A program made the translations under genes and the position numbers. DNA of 64,000 nt from Elusimicrobiota bacterium (GTDB lineage: Bacteria; Elusimicrobiota; Elusimicrobia; Elusimicrobiales; UBA9959), in NCBI GenBank assembly GCA_019135865.1, contig JAGVVD010000038.1, positions 364 to 64,363 of the forward strand. Reading direction: 5' to 3'. The notes below the pieces were generated by a model. It worked only from the letters and a program-made list of their open reading frames with translations, was not told the origin of the DNA and ran no database searches. Positions 42,844 to 51,843 of this stretch are shown one piece after another (position 1 is the stretch's first letter; each line of letters starts with the position of its first letter).

Positions 42844-43917
42844 TCACCTTTCCATGCAGCTGATGCACGGGTCTATGGTCAGTATTATGGTCGGCACGTC
42901 GGCCAGCTCCGTGCCCTTGAGGAGTTTCACCACGGCCGGCACGTTGGCGAAGGTGGGCGTGCGCAGGCGGAAGCGCTCCAGCATGCGGGTGCCGTTGCCG
43001 CGCACGTAGTAAATGGCCTCGCCGCGCGGCTGCTCGGCGCGGTAGAAGGCCTCGCCGTTGGGCGCGGAGGCGATCTTGGCGGCTATGCCGTCCGCGGCCA
43101 TGGCCCCCGCGGCCTGGGCTATGATGTCTATGGACTGGAAGATCTCCTTCACGCGCACGCGGCAGCGGGCGTGGCAGTCGCCGTCCTTTTCCACCGCGGC
43201 CTCCCACCGCAGGCCCTCGTACATGGGGTTGCCGAGGCGCTGGTCCGAGACCACGCCGCTGGCGCGCAGCATGGGGCCCACTACGCCTAGCTCCCGGGCC
43301 TCGGCTTCGGGCAGCACGGCGAGCCCGGAGAGGCGGTGCTTAACGGTATAGTCGTTGAGGAAAATGTCGGTGATCTCTTTGAGCTGCGGCTTCATGGCCG
43401 TGAGCCGGGAGGAAATGCGCGAGAGCGTAGCGTCCTCGATATCCTTCCTCATGCCGCCGACCTTCACGATATTGAAGATCACGCGGCCGCCGGTGGTCTC
43501 CTCGAACATGTCCAGCACTTCCTCGCGCAGGCGCCAGGTCTGCATGAACAGGTTCTCGAAGCCGAAGGCGTCGGCCGCGAGCCCCAGCCACAGCAGGTGG
43601 CTGTGCACGCGGGAGAGCTCGGCCAGGATCACGCGCAGCTGCCGCGCGCGGCGGGGCACCGGCAGGGCGAGGACGCTTTCCACCGCCGAACTGTAGCCCA
43701 TGCCGTGCATGAAGCTGCAGATGCCGCAGACCCGCTCGGCGATCATCACGTATTCTTCGAAATCGCGCTTGGGGGCCAGCAGCTCGAGGCCGCGGTGGAT
43801 GAAGCCTATGGAAGGGACGGCGTCGATCACGCGCTCATTGTCGAGCACCAGGTCGAAGCTCAGCGGCTCCGGCAGCACCGGGTGCTGGGGGCCCAGCGGG
43901 ACGATGGTGGTCTTCAT
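42844..43917 (-). CDS. echE: group 4 [NiFe] hydrogenase large subunit (NuoD-like)
   Basis: N-terminal RVCGICSFMH and C-terminal DPCISCMER Ni-Fe ligands. 357 aa with no C-terminal extension. Confidence 0.9.
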   Translation of the reverse strand: MKTTIVPLGPQHPVLPEPLSFDLVLDNERVIDAVPSIGFIHRGLELLAPKRDFEEYVMIAERVCGICSFMHGMGYSSAVESVLALPVPRRARQLRVILAELSRVHSHLLWLGLAADAFGFENLFMQTWRLREEVLDMFEETTGGRVIFNIVKVGGMRKDIEDATLSRISSRLTAMKPQLKEITDIFLNDYTVKHRLSGLAVLPEAEARELGVVGPMLRASGVVSDQRLGNPMYEGLRWEAAVEKDGDCHARCRVRVKEIFQSIDIIAQAAGAMAADGIAAKIASAPNGEAFYRAEQPRGEAIYYVRGNGTRMLERFRLRTPTFANVPAVVKLLKGTELADVPTIILTIDPCISCMER

Positions 43918-44309
43918 GAGTTCGCCCCCGGGACCGGCTTCTTCACCGGCGCCGCCACGGCGAACGGCACGCGCACCGCGGTCTTGTAGAGGGTCCCCTT
44001 GAAATCCAGCACCAGCCCCTCGAACTCCACGCCGAACTGCTCGCGGATCTCGTTCTCGTAGAGGAAGGCGGAGAAATAATCCCCGGAGACGCTGGGCACT
44101 TTCTGCCCGGGCGCGGCGGTCAGGCGCAGGTGGCTCAGCGCGCCGTCCTTGTCGAAAGAATAGGTCAGCTCCACGGCCGGGGCCTCGCCCGCGGCGGCCA
44201 CCGGCAGCGCCACGGCCGAGATGACCGCCAGGCGCGAGCCCGCGGCGCGCAGGCCCTTCACGCGCTCCGGCAGCGCGGCGGCTTCTATGAGCGCGATATC
44301 CATGGTCAT
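43914..44309 (-). CDS. echD: Ech hydrogenase subunit D (NuoC/30-kDa-like)
   Basis: FLYENEIREQFGVEFEG motif and its position between the small and large subunits. Confidence 0.75.
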   Translation of the reverse strand: MTMDIALIEAAALPERVKGLRAAGSRLAVISAVALPVAAAGEAPAVELTYSFDKDGALSHLRLTAAPGQKVPSVSGDYFSAFLYENEIREQFGVEFEGLVLDFKGTLYKTAVRVPFAVAAPVKKPVPGANS

Positions 44310-44737
44310 TTCTTCGCCTCCGCGGCGGCCCGCTTCTGCTCCAGCACGCCGAGGGCGCGGACTATGCCGTCTATGATGGCCTCGGGCCTGGCGGCGCAGC
44401 CCGGCACGTACACGTCCACGGGCAGCACCTTGTCGGCGCCGCCCTTTACGTTGTAGCAGTCGGCGAACACGCCGCCCGAGGTGGCGCAGATGCCCACGGC
44501 CAGCACCACCTTGGGCTCGGGCATCTGGGCGTAAAGATTGCGCACCACCTCTTCGTTCTGGTGGTTGATGGAGCCGGTCAGCAGCAGCAGGTCGGCGTGG
44601 CGCGGGTTGCCGGTGTTGATCACGCCGAAGCGCTCCGCGTCGTAAAGCGGGGTAAGGCAGGCCAGCACCTCTATGTCGCAGCCGTTGCAGCTGGAGCCGT
44701 CGTAGTGAAGCAGCCAGGGCGACTTTTTAAGCGACAT
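44306..44737 (-). CDS. echC: group 4 [NiFe] hydrogenase small subunit (NuoB-like)
   Basis: SCNGCDIE...GICATSGG...VPGCAARPE. Confidence 0.9.
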   Translation of the reverse strand: MSLKKSPWLLHYDGSSCNGCDIEVLACLTPLYDAERFGVINTGNPRHADLLLLTGSINHQNEEVVRNLYAQMPEPKVVLAVGICATSGGVFADCYNVKGGADKVLPVDVYVPGCAARPEAIIDGIVRALGVLEQKRAAAEAKK

Positions 44738-45594
44738 CAGTTGCCCCCCAGCGCGTACAGGGCCAGCAGGTTGCCGCCGGCCAGCAGCAGCGTTATGGTC
44801 CAGGTGGAGGACAGCGCCAGCTGCCAGCGCACGCGGGCGTTGGTGTTATCGGCCAGCACTTCCAGGAAATAGGTCAGGGCCACGGCGGCCAGCGCCAGCG
44901 GGGCGCTGAAAGCGAAGAACAGGTACACCAGCCCCAGCAGCAGGATATTCTCGTACCAGTGGGTGATCTCGATGAGCGCCAGAGTGCGGCCGCCGAGGTC
45001 GGTGGTGATGCCCTTCACTATCTCCTGGTGGGCGTGGTGGGAATAGGACAGGTCGAAGGGCGACTTGCGCAGCTTCATCGTGAGCACGTAGAAAAGGCAC
45101 AGGAACACGCCCGGCAACTGCTTTATCAGCGGCGCGCCGGAAGCGGCCACGGCGTGGAAGTTCAGCGAACCGGAGACCTTGTAGATGGCCGCCGCGGCTA
45201 TCAGCAGCGCGGGCTCGGCGGCGAGGATGATGATCAGCTCGCGCTCGGCGCCCACGAAGCTGTACGGCGAAGCGGAGGAGAAGGCCGCCGCCACGAGGAA
45301 CAGCGCCGCCACGGTGAAGACGAAGATGACCAGCAGGATATCGCCCCCGCCGAAGAACAGCGCGCCGGCCAGGGCCATGAAGAGCAGGTGGCACAGCGCC
45401 AGCGGGTACTGCAGGCTGTTCACCTCCACGTCGCCCTTGGAGAAGAGCTTGGCCACGTCGTAGAAGGGCTGCAGCAGCGGCGGGCCCACGCGGCGCTGCA
45501 TGCGGGCCGAGACTATGCGGTCGGCGCCGGCCAGCAGGCCGCCGGCCAGCGGGGCCAGCAGCGCGTAGGCGAGAGCGGGCATCAGTTTTTCCAT
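44737..45594 (-). CDS. echB: Ech hydrogenase membrane subunit B (NuoH-like)
   Basis: 285 aa, 8-TM-like, with RRVGPPLLQPFYDVAKLF. Confidence 0.85.
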   Translation of the reverse strand: MEKLMPALAYALLAPLAGGLLAGADRIVSARMQRRVGPPLLQPFYDVAKLFSKGDVEVNSLQYPLALCHLLFMALAGALFFGGGDILLVIFVFTVAALFLVAAAFSSASPYSFVGAERELIIILAAEPALLIAAAAIYKVSGSLNFHAVAASGAPLIKQLPGVFLCLFYVLTMKLRKSPFDLSYSHHAHQEIVKGITTDLGGRTLALIEITHWYENILLLGLVYLFFAFSAPLALAAVALTYFLEVLADNTNARVRWQLALSSTWTITLLLAGGNLLALYALGGN

Positions 45595-47513
45595 ATTACC
45601 CCCGCCGCCAGCATGAAGGCCACCACGGCCCCCAGGAAATAGTTGGAATAGCGCAGGATGGCTCCCGAGTCAAAGAAGCCGTCGAGATAGTAGTTCTTCA
45701 GCGTGATCTCGCGCCAGGAGCCCATGGCCCCACCCACCAGCAGGTGCGAGTCCATCTGCCGGCCGCAGACGTAGGTGTCGGAGAGGCGGTAGGCCGCGCG
45801 CCGGTGCAGCGCCCAGGCCAGCGCCGGCAGCGCCACCAGCAGGAAAAGCAGCATGGTTATGACGCCGTAATTGAAGTTCCCCAGCCCGCCGGGGGCGCCG
45901 TACTGGGCCAGCAGGTAAGGCTCCACCAGCCAGGCAGACAGCAGCGGCAGGCCCGCGCAGACGGCGAAGCTCAGCAGCGCGTGGGCCCACTCGGCCGTCC
46001 ACTCGTCGTTGCCTATGGTGGCCTCGCGCTTCTTTTCCACGCCGGGCTGGTCGCGCATCGAGAGGATCTTGCCCAGCAGTTTGCTCCAGTAGAACACCGT
46101 GGCGGCGCTGCCGTAGGCGATCATGATCACCAGCGCCGCGCCGAAAGCCGACGGGACCTTGAGGAAGGCCTCTATGGCGGCCCACTTGCTGACCACCACG
46201 CCGAAGGGCGCTATGAACATGCCGGCGATGCCCGCCACGAACAGCAGCGCGGTGACCGGCATCTTGACGATGAGGTTGTCGTAGTTCTCCATGTCCTTGG
46301 TGTAGAAGCGGTTCTCCACCGTGCCCACCACCAGGAACAGCAGGGACTTGGAAACGGCGTGGAACACTATCAGCACCAGGCCTATCCAGACCGCGGCTGG
46401 GCCGCCCACGCCGCCGCAGGCCACTATCAGGCCCAGGTTGGCCACGGTCGAGTAGGCCAGCACCTTCTTGACGTTGGGTTCGGTGATATTGACGATGGAG
46501 GCGGCCAGGAAGGTGCCGGCGCCTATCAGCGCGACGGCGTTGCCCACGGCCGTGCCCGCGATAACGGGCGCCATCTTGAGCACCAGGAAGACGCCCGCCT
46601 TGACCATGGTGCTGGAGTGCAGCAGCGCGGAGGTGGGCGTGGGGGCCACCATGGCGCCCAGCAGCCACGACGAGAACGGGAACTGCGCGGCCTTGGTGAT
46701 GGCCGCGTAGCAGAGCAGCGCGGCCGGCAGCAGCGCGGCCCCGCGCAGGGCCAGCATCTTGTCCAGTTCCACTATGCCGCTGTTCCGGGCCAGCCAGATC
46801 AGCGCCAGCGAGAAAGCCAGCCCGCCGGTAAGGTTGATGTTCAGGGCGAGGAAAGCGTTGTTGACGGCCTCCCTGGTGCGGGTGTGGCCTATCAGCAGGA
46901 AGGAGCAGACCGTCGTGACCTCCCAGAAGAACAGCATGTGGCCCAGGTGGTTGGAGAAGACCACGCCGAACATGGCCGAGAGGAAGACGAAAAGCAGGAA
47001 GAAGAAGAAGTTGCGCCGGTCGGGCAGGCGCGGGTAGTGGCGGTGGAAATCGCGCATGTAGCCCAGCGCGTAGACGCAGATCAGCGGCCCCAGCACGCCG
47101 ATCACCAGCGCCATCAGCAGCGAGAACTTGTCGGCGTAAAAAGCGTTGTCCGCGGCCACGCCCGGCGCGCAGGCCAGGTCGAAATACAGCGTGAGGCCGG
47201 CCTGGGCCAGCGCCAGCGCCCCGGCCAGCGGGCGCTTATACTTGAAGGCGTAGCGCAGCATGACGCCGGCCAGCCCCAGGCTGGCGGCGAGGAAAAGGGT
47301 CTCCAGGCCGTGGATCTCGCCGCGGAAATAATAGGCCCCTGCGCCGCCCGCGGCGGCGCAGGCCAGCGCCCCGGCCCCGGTGAGCAGCGCGCCCGCGCGC
47401 ACCAGCAGATTGCGCGTACGCAGGCCGGGAGCCGCCAGGAGCGCCAGCGCCAAGGCCAGCGGGCAGAGTATAAGGGAAGCTACCAGGTAAGACACAGCCG
47501 TATCAGTGTGCAT
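45582..47513 (-). CDS. echA: Ech hydrogenase membrane subunit A (NuoL/antiporter-like)
   Basis: 643 aa, polytopic, with a proton-pump motif region (WLLGAMVAPTPTSALLHSSTMVKAGV). Confidence 0.85.
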   Translation of the reverse strand: MHTDTAVSYLVASLILCPLALALALLAAPGLRTRNLLVRAGALLTGAGALACAAAGGAGAYYFRGEIHGLETLFLAASLGLAGVMLRYAFKYKRPLAGALALAQAGLTLYFDLACAPGVAADNAFYADKFSLLMALVIGVLGPLICVYALGYMRDFHRHYPRLPDRRNFFFFLLFVFLSAMFGVVFSNHLGHMLFFWEVTTVCSFLLIGHTRTREAVNNAFLALNINLTGGLAFSLALIWLARNSGIVELDKMLALRGAALLPAALLCYAAITKAAQFPFSSWLLGAMVAPTPTSALLHSSTMVKAGVFLVLKMAPVIAGTAVGNAVALIGAGTFLAASIVNITEPNVKKVLAYSTVANLGLIVACGGVGGPAAVWIGLVLIVFHAVSKSLLFLVVGTVENRFYTKDMENYDNLIVKMPVTALLFVAGIAGMFIAPFGVVVSKWAAIEAFLKVPSAFGAALVIMIAYGSAATVFYWSKLLGKILSMRDQPGVEKKREATIGNDEWTAEWAHALLSFAVCAGLPLLSAWLVEPYLLAQYGAPGGLGNFNYGVITMLLFLLVALPALAWALHRRAAYRLSDTYVCGRQMDSHLLVGGAMGSWREITLKNYYLDGFFDSGAILRYSNYFLGAVVAFMLAAGVIWKN

Positions 47514-47566
47514 TTTACAGAGACGCGGTGTTCAATACGACTAAACGGGGGGAACGGCGGCGGGCG

Positions 47567-47589
47567 CCGCTCCCCGGGGAGGGGAGCGG
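47567..47589 (-). other. 9-bp-stem GC hairpin directly after the RR stop and 54 nt before echA, with no U-tract
   Basis: ccgctcccc-gggga-ggggagcgg. Confidence 0.5.
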
Positions 47590-48003
47590 TCAGGAAGGGC
47601 GCTTGCCCTTTTTCTCTTTGGCCGCTTTGAGGGCGGCCTCGATTTCCTCGGCCAACTTGGTCGGGGGGATGGGTTTGGCGAGGAATTTGCGGACCGGGAG
47701 CCAGTCTGCGTCCTTGTCCTCGTCGAACTTCCAGTCGCTTCTCATGTGTTCCTGCACTCCGGTCAGCATCAGCACCGGCATGTCGGGGAACTTTATGCTC
47801 ACGTCCCGGGCCAGCTCGAAGCCGGAAGTGAACTCCTCCATCATTACGTCCATCACGAGCAGGTCCGGCCGCCGCTTCTCCAGCAGCTTCCAGGCGTCGT
47901 CGCCGGTATACGCGACGGAAACCTCGTGTCCTTTGGCTTCAAGCACCAGTTTATTGGCGTCCACCAAACCCGCGTCGTCGTCTATCAGAAGTATATGGGC
48001 CAT
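47590..48003 (-). CDS. single-domain response regulator
   Basis: MAHILLIDDD...LLVMDVMM...FLAKP. Confidence 0.9.
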   Translation of the reverse strand: MAHILLIDDDAGLVDANKLVLEAKGHEVSVAYTGDDAWKLLEKRRPDLLVMDVMMEEFTSGFELARDVSIKFPDMPVLMLTGVQEHMRSDWKFDEDKDADWLPVRKFLAKPIPPTKLAEEIEAALKAAKEKKGKRPS

Positions 48004-48049
48004 ATGGTTCCAACTCTCCGGAGGGTCGTCTCTGACTAAATGGTATTAA

Positions 48050-49201
48050 TTATGCGGCCTTAAGGTCAATCGAGCCCGGCGCCGGAAGGGAGAGGGTGAA
48101 GCGCGACCCTTTCCCGGGCTCGCTCTCCACTTCTATGTCCCCGCCCGCCTGCAAGGCGAGCTTCCGCGCTATAGCCAGGCCCAGTCCGCTGCCCGGTATG
48201 CCGATGGTCGCGCGGTTCTTGATACGGACGAATTCGCTGAACAGGCGCGCCGCGTCCTTTTTTTCCATGCCGATGCCCGTATCCTCTACGGTGATGCGCA
48301 CTTTCCCTCCGTCCGCGGCCGCGGAGGCGCGCACCAGGCCGCCGTCCCGGTTGTATTTCACGGCGTTGGTGAAAAGGTTGTTGAGTATCATTCCGACTTC
48401 GGAGGGGTCCGCCTCCACGAGCAGACCGGCCCCTTCCGTTTCCAGTTTTATCCCGCGCCGCGCCGCTTCGGCGGCCACGCCCTCGGCGGCGGCGGCCAGC
48501 GCGCCGGCCACCTCAAGCGCGGCGGGAGCGCGCCTGAACTGGCCCGACTCGATGCGCGTCAGGTCCAGCAGGTCCGCTATCATCTTGCGCATCCCGTCGG
48601 TGCGCTCCGAGCATTTGGCGATGATGCCGGCGTAGGCCGTCATGTCCTTGCCGAGCGTCATGTCCCGCATCACGTCCAAGTAGGCGTCGAAGGTGTTGAT
48701 GGGGGCTTTGAGCTCATGCGCCAGTACCGAGATGAACTGGAAGCGGATCCGCTTCTTCTCCTGCGCCAGCAGGCGCGCGTGCCGGCTGACGATGAGGTGG
48801 TGGGCCGCTTTCTTTACGGTGTAGCGCACCTCCTCCGGGGTACAGGGCTTGGCCAGGAAATCGAAGGAGCCGAGGCGGGTCGCCTGTATGGCAGTCTCGA
48901 TGTTGGCGTAGGCCGTCATGATTATGACGGCCGTCTCCCGCTTCTCTTCCGAGAAGCGGCCTAGAATGTCCATGCCGCTGATCCCCGGCAGTTTGTAGTC
49001 CAGGAGCACCAGGTCGGCGGGGTCCGTTTCCATCCGGGTGAGGAGTTCCTCCCCGGTGGAGACCAGGCTCACTTCGAGTTCCGCCTCCACGCCGAGGGTG
49101 CGGACCTCGGGCCTGAAGCCGTCGAGGATGATCTTTATGGCCGAGCACATCTTGGGCTCGTCGTCGCAGACTATCACCTTGAGTTTTTCGCTGACGGCCA
49201 T
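48050..49201 (-). CDS. hybrid histidine kinase (REC-HisKA-HATPase_c)
   Basis: VIVCDDE...LVLLDYKLPG, H-box SVLAHELKAPI, and DTGIGM...GSGLGLAI. Confidence 0.9.
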   Translation of the reverse strand: MAVSEKLKVIVCDDEPKMCSAIKIILDGFRPEVRTLGVEAELEVSLVSTGEELLTRMETDPADLVLLDYKLPGISGMDILGRFSEEKRETAVIIMTAYANIETAIQATRLGSFDFLAKPCTPEEVRYTVKKAAHHLIVSRHARLLAQEKKRIRFQFISVLAHELKAPINTFDAYLDVMRDMTLGKDMTAYAGIIAKCSERTDGMRKMIADLLDLTRIESGQFRRAPAALEVAGALAAAAEGVAAEAARRGIKLETEGAGLLVEADPSEVGMILNNLFTNAVKYNRDGGLVRASAAADGGKVRITVEDTGIGMEKKDAARLFSEFVRIKNRATIGIPGSGLGLAIARKLALQAGGDIEVESEPGKGSRFTLSLPAPGSIDLKAA

Positions 49202-49202
49202 T

Positions 49203-51179
49203 TCATTCGCCCCCTCTGGGTAGAGTGATGGTGAACACGGTGCCGGTGGGGCCGGCCGCGGGATCGCTGTTGGAGGCCACCTTCAGCTCGCCCTTGTGCA
49301 TCCTCACTATACCGTAGGTTATCGCCAGGCCCAGGCCGGTGCCCTTGCCGATCTGCTTGGTGGTGAAGAAAGGCGTGAACACCTTGGGAAGGTTCTCGGC
49401 CGAAATGCCCGAACCGGTGTCGGCCACCTCTATGCGGACGGCGGACTCATCGTCGAGCAGACGCACGTCCACCCGCCCGCCGCCCGGCATCGCGTCGGCC
49501 GCGTTGACCACCAGGTTGGTCAGGGCCTGTATGAGGCGGTCCCTGTCCACTTCGATCTCGGGGTCCCGCATCCGGTTCTCCAGGACCGCGCTGATCCCCG
49601 GCGGCAGGGTCAAGGTCTTGAGAAAAGCCCCGACCAGTTCCGGAAGGCCGGTCTTCTCCGGGACCACGCGGTTCTGCCGCGCGAAATTCAGAAGCCCGGA
49701 AACTATCTTCTTGCAGCGGTCCGATTGCTCCACGATGTTCTGGAGCCACTCCTTCATGGAGGGGTCGGTGCAGCGCTCCAGCATGATATGGGAGTACATC
49801 AGCACTATTCCCAACGGGTTGTTGACCTCGTGGGCGATACCCGCGGCGAGCTGGCCTATGCTGGAAAGCCGTTCGGAATCGGCCAGTTGCTGGCGCGTCT
49901 CGGAGAGCTCCCGGTAGAATTTGCCCACCTTCGCGAGCGAATCGTTGAGCTGGTCGATGGTATAGGGCAGGCACATCCGCTCTTCGGCGAAACCGCGGCA
50001 GATGGCGGAGGCGTGGGCGCGGCAGGTGTCGTAGCCGCAGGCGCCGCAGTTAAGCTCGTCCTCCGCGCTGTTCTTGCCCATTTCGGAAAGCACTTCTTTC
50101 AGCGCGGTCTCGGACACCTCCGGCTGCGGCTGGGGGTCCGGCTTGTAGACGCGGCTGAGGTCCAGGTCCCTGAAACTCTCCACGTCCCGATACCACTTGC
50201 CGGTATCCAGGCCGGCCATGGTCACCCGCGCGCAGCGGCTGACCTGGAAGCGGCGATTGAACAGCGGGATGTCCTTGTCTATGCCCGGCCCCATGATGCA
50301 GCCCATGCAACTGGTCACTTCCAGCAGCCGGGTGTTGAGCTGCTCGTTGCGGAATTCCCTTATGGCCTCCACGAACTCCGTTCGTCCCTCGGCGGAGACC
50401 GCATTGCCGGTCAGCAGGTCCTCCGGGATGCCGGCCGACTGCAGCAACCCGCGTCCTATGGGGTACAGGCGGCCCTTGCCGGCCCTGGGCGGATCGAAAT
50501 CGGACGGGACTATGTTCGAAGTTCCGGTTTTTTCCCCGAAGATACGGTCCAGTTCGCTGAAGGTCAGCGCGGCGTCCACGTCCATATCGAGGGCTTCGAG
50601 CTTTTTGGCGACGCAGGGGCCGATGAAGACGACTCGCAGCGCGGCACCGTGCAGCCGGCGGGCCACCCTGGCGGCTGCCGCCATGGGGGAGACGACCGGC
50701 GCCAGGTTCGGCACCAGGTCAGGGAAATACTTGGTTATATGAGAGACCACCGCCGGACAGGTGGCGGCGATCAGGCGCGTGGTGGCGGGGTTGGTGAGCA
50801 GCTCCTGGTAGCGTTGCGACACCAGGTCGGCGCCGAAAGCCACTTCGTGCACGTACTTGAAGCCGAGCGCGCGCAGCGTGCCCACCAGGCGCTGCTGATC
50901 CCATTCGGGGAACTGGCAGGGCCAGCTGGGGGCCACCAGGGCCGCCGTTTCCGCCCCGGAAGCCAGCAGGTCCAGAACCTCGCGGGTGGAATCGTAGAAC
51001 CGCTTGGCGCCGCGGCCGCAGACCCGCACGCAGTTGCCGCAACCTATGCAGAGTTCGCTCATGACCTCGGCGCGGCCCTTGTGGATGCGTATGGCCTTGG
51101 CCGGGCATTCGCGCACGCAGGTATAGCAGGCCCGGCATTTGTCGGCGTCGGTCCAGATGAGCTTGTCGGTCTTCTTCAT
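49203..51179 (-). CDS. sensor histidine kinase with N-terminal 2x[4Fe-4S] ferredoxin, [FeFe]-hydrogenase-like (H-cluster-type) domain and a CxxC Fe-S motif
   Basis: CRACYTCVRECP and CIGCGNCVRVC. H-cluster-like motifs AATCPAV, GPCVAKKLE and EVTSCMGCIMGPG. Also CGACGYDTCRAHASAIC, H-box IAHEVNNPL and DTGSGI...GTGLGLAI. Confidence 0.85.
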   Translation of the reverse strand: MKKTDKLIWTDADKCRACYTCVRECPAKAIRIHKGRAEVMSELCIGCGNCVRVCGRGAKRFYDSTREVLDLLASGAETAALVAPSWPCQFPEWDQQRLVGTLRALGFKYVHEVAFGADLVSQRYQELLTNPATTRLIAATCPAVVSHITKYFPDLVPNLAPVVSPMAAAARVARRLHGAALRVVFIGPCVAKKLEALDMDVDAALTFSELDRIFGEKTGTSNIVPSDFDPPRAGKGRLYPIGRGLLQSAGIPEDLLTGNAVSAEGRTEFVEAIREFRNEQLNTRLLEVTSCMGCIMGPGIDKDIPLFNRRFQVSRCARVTMAGLDTGKWYRDVESFRDLDLSRVYKPDPQPQPEVSETALKEVLSEMGKNSAEDELNCGACGYDTCRAHASAICRGFAEERMCLPYTIDQLNDSLAKVGKFYRELSETRQQLADSERLSSIGQLAAGIAHEVNNPLGIVLMYSHIMLERCTDPSMKEWLQNIVEQSDRCKKIVSGLLNFARQNRVVPEKTGLPELVGAFLKTLTLPPGISAVLENRMRDPEIEVDRDRLIQALTNLVVNAADAMPGGGRVDVRLLDDESAVRIEVADTGSGISAENLPKVFTPFFTTKQIGKGTGLGLAITYGIVRMHKGELKVASNSDPAAGPTGTVFTITLPRGGE

Positions 51180-51203
51180 GATGCGGCGTCTCCGGCCGCG
51201 CTC

Positions 51204-51596
51204 TCAGCGCCGGCGGTCTTTAAGCAGGGATTCTATCTCGCAGAGCAAAACGGTCGGGGAGACCGGCTTCTCCATGAAGCGGTGCACCGGCAGCCAGGAC
51301 TTGTCCTCGTCGAAAGACTGCTTCCAGGCGTCGTCCATGTACTCGTAGACGCCGGTCAGCATGATCATCGGCAGGTCCGGGAAGGAACCACCGATATGCC
51401 TGGCCAGTTCGAAACCGGAGTCGAAATCCTCCATCATAACGTCAAGGACCACTATGTCGGGCTTGTCCTTTGCCAGGAACTCGCGGGCCTCGGCGCCGCT
51501 GTGCGCGTGCGAGACCTTGTGCTTGTTGGCCGAGAGGACTATCGTGTTGGCTTCCAGGAGTTGCGTGTCGTCGTCTACCAGCAGAACATGGGCCAT
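51204..51596 (-). CDS. single-domain response regulator (paralog of 47590..48003)
   Basis: MAHVLLVDDD...IVVLDVMM...FMEKP. Confidence 0.9.
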   Translation of the reverse strand: MAHVLLVDDDTQLLEANTIVLSANKHKVSHAHSGAEAREFLAKDKPDIVVLDVMMEDFDSGFELARHIGGSFPDLPMIMLTGVYEYMDDAWKQSFDEDKSWLPVHRFMEKPVSPTVLLCEIESLLKDRRR

Positions 51597-51843
51597 GGCG
51601 GTTCCTCGACTGCGGTGTTTGAAAGGCGTGACCGACCGTATATATAAGGATAAATTCTTAGCGTCGTGCTTGTCAAGGAACGGGGAGGGGCCTCTGATCC
51701 AATATCCCGCGGGCGCCGCATGGATGACGCGCAGAGGTACGTGTCGTCGGGATCGCCGGGGCCGCGCCGGCGGTTTTACTATAATCCCGGTAGCGGCCGC
51801 CGGGGACCGTTGCCGTCAGCGCCGCGCACTGGAGGGAGGGACC

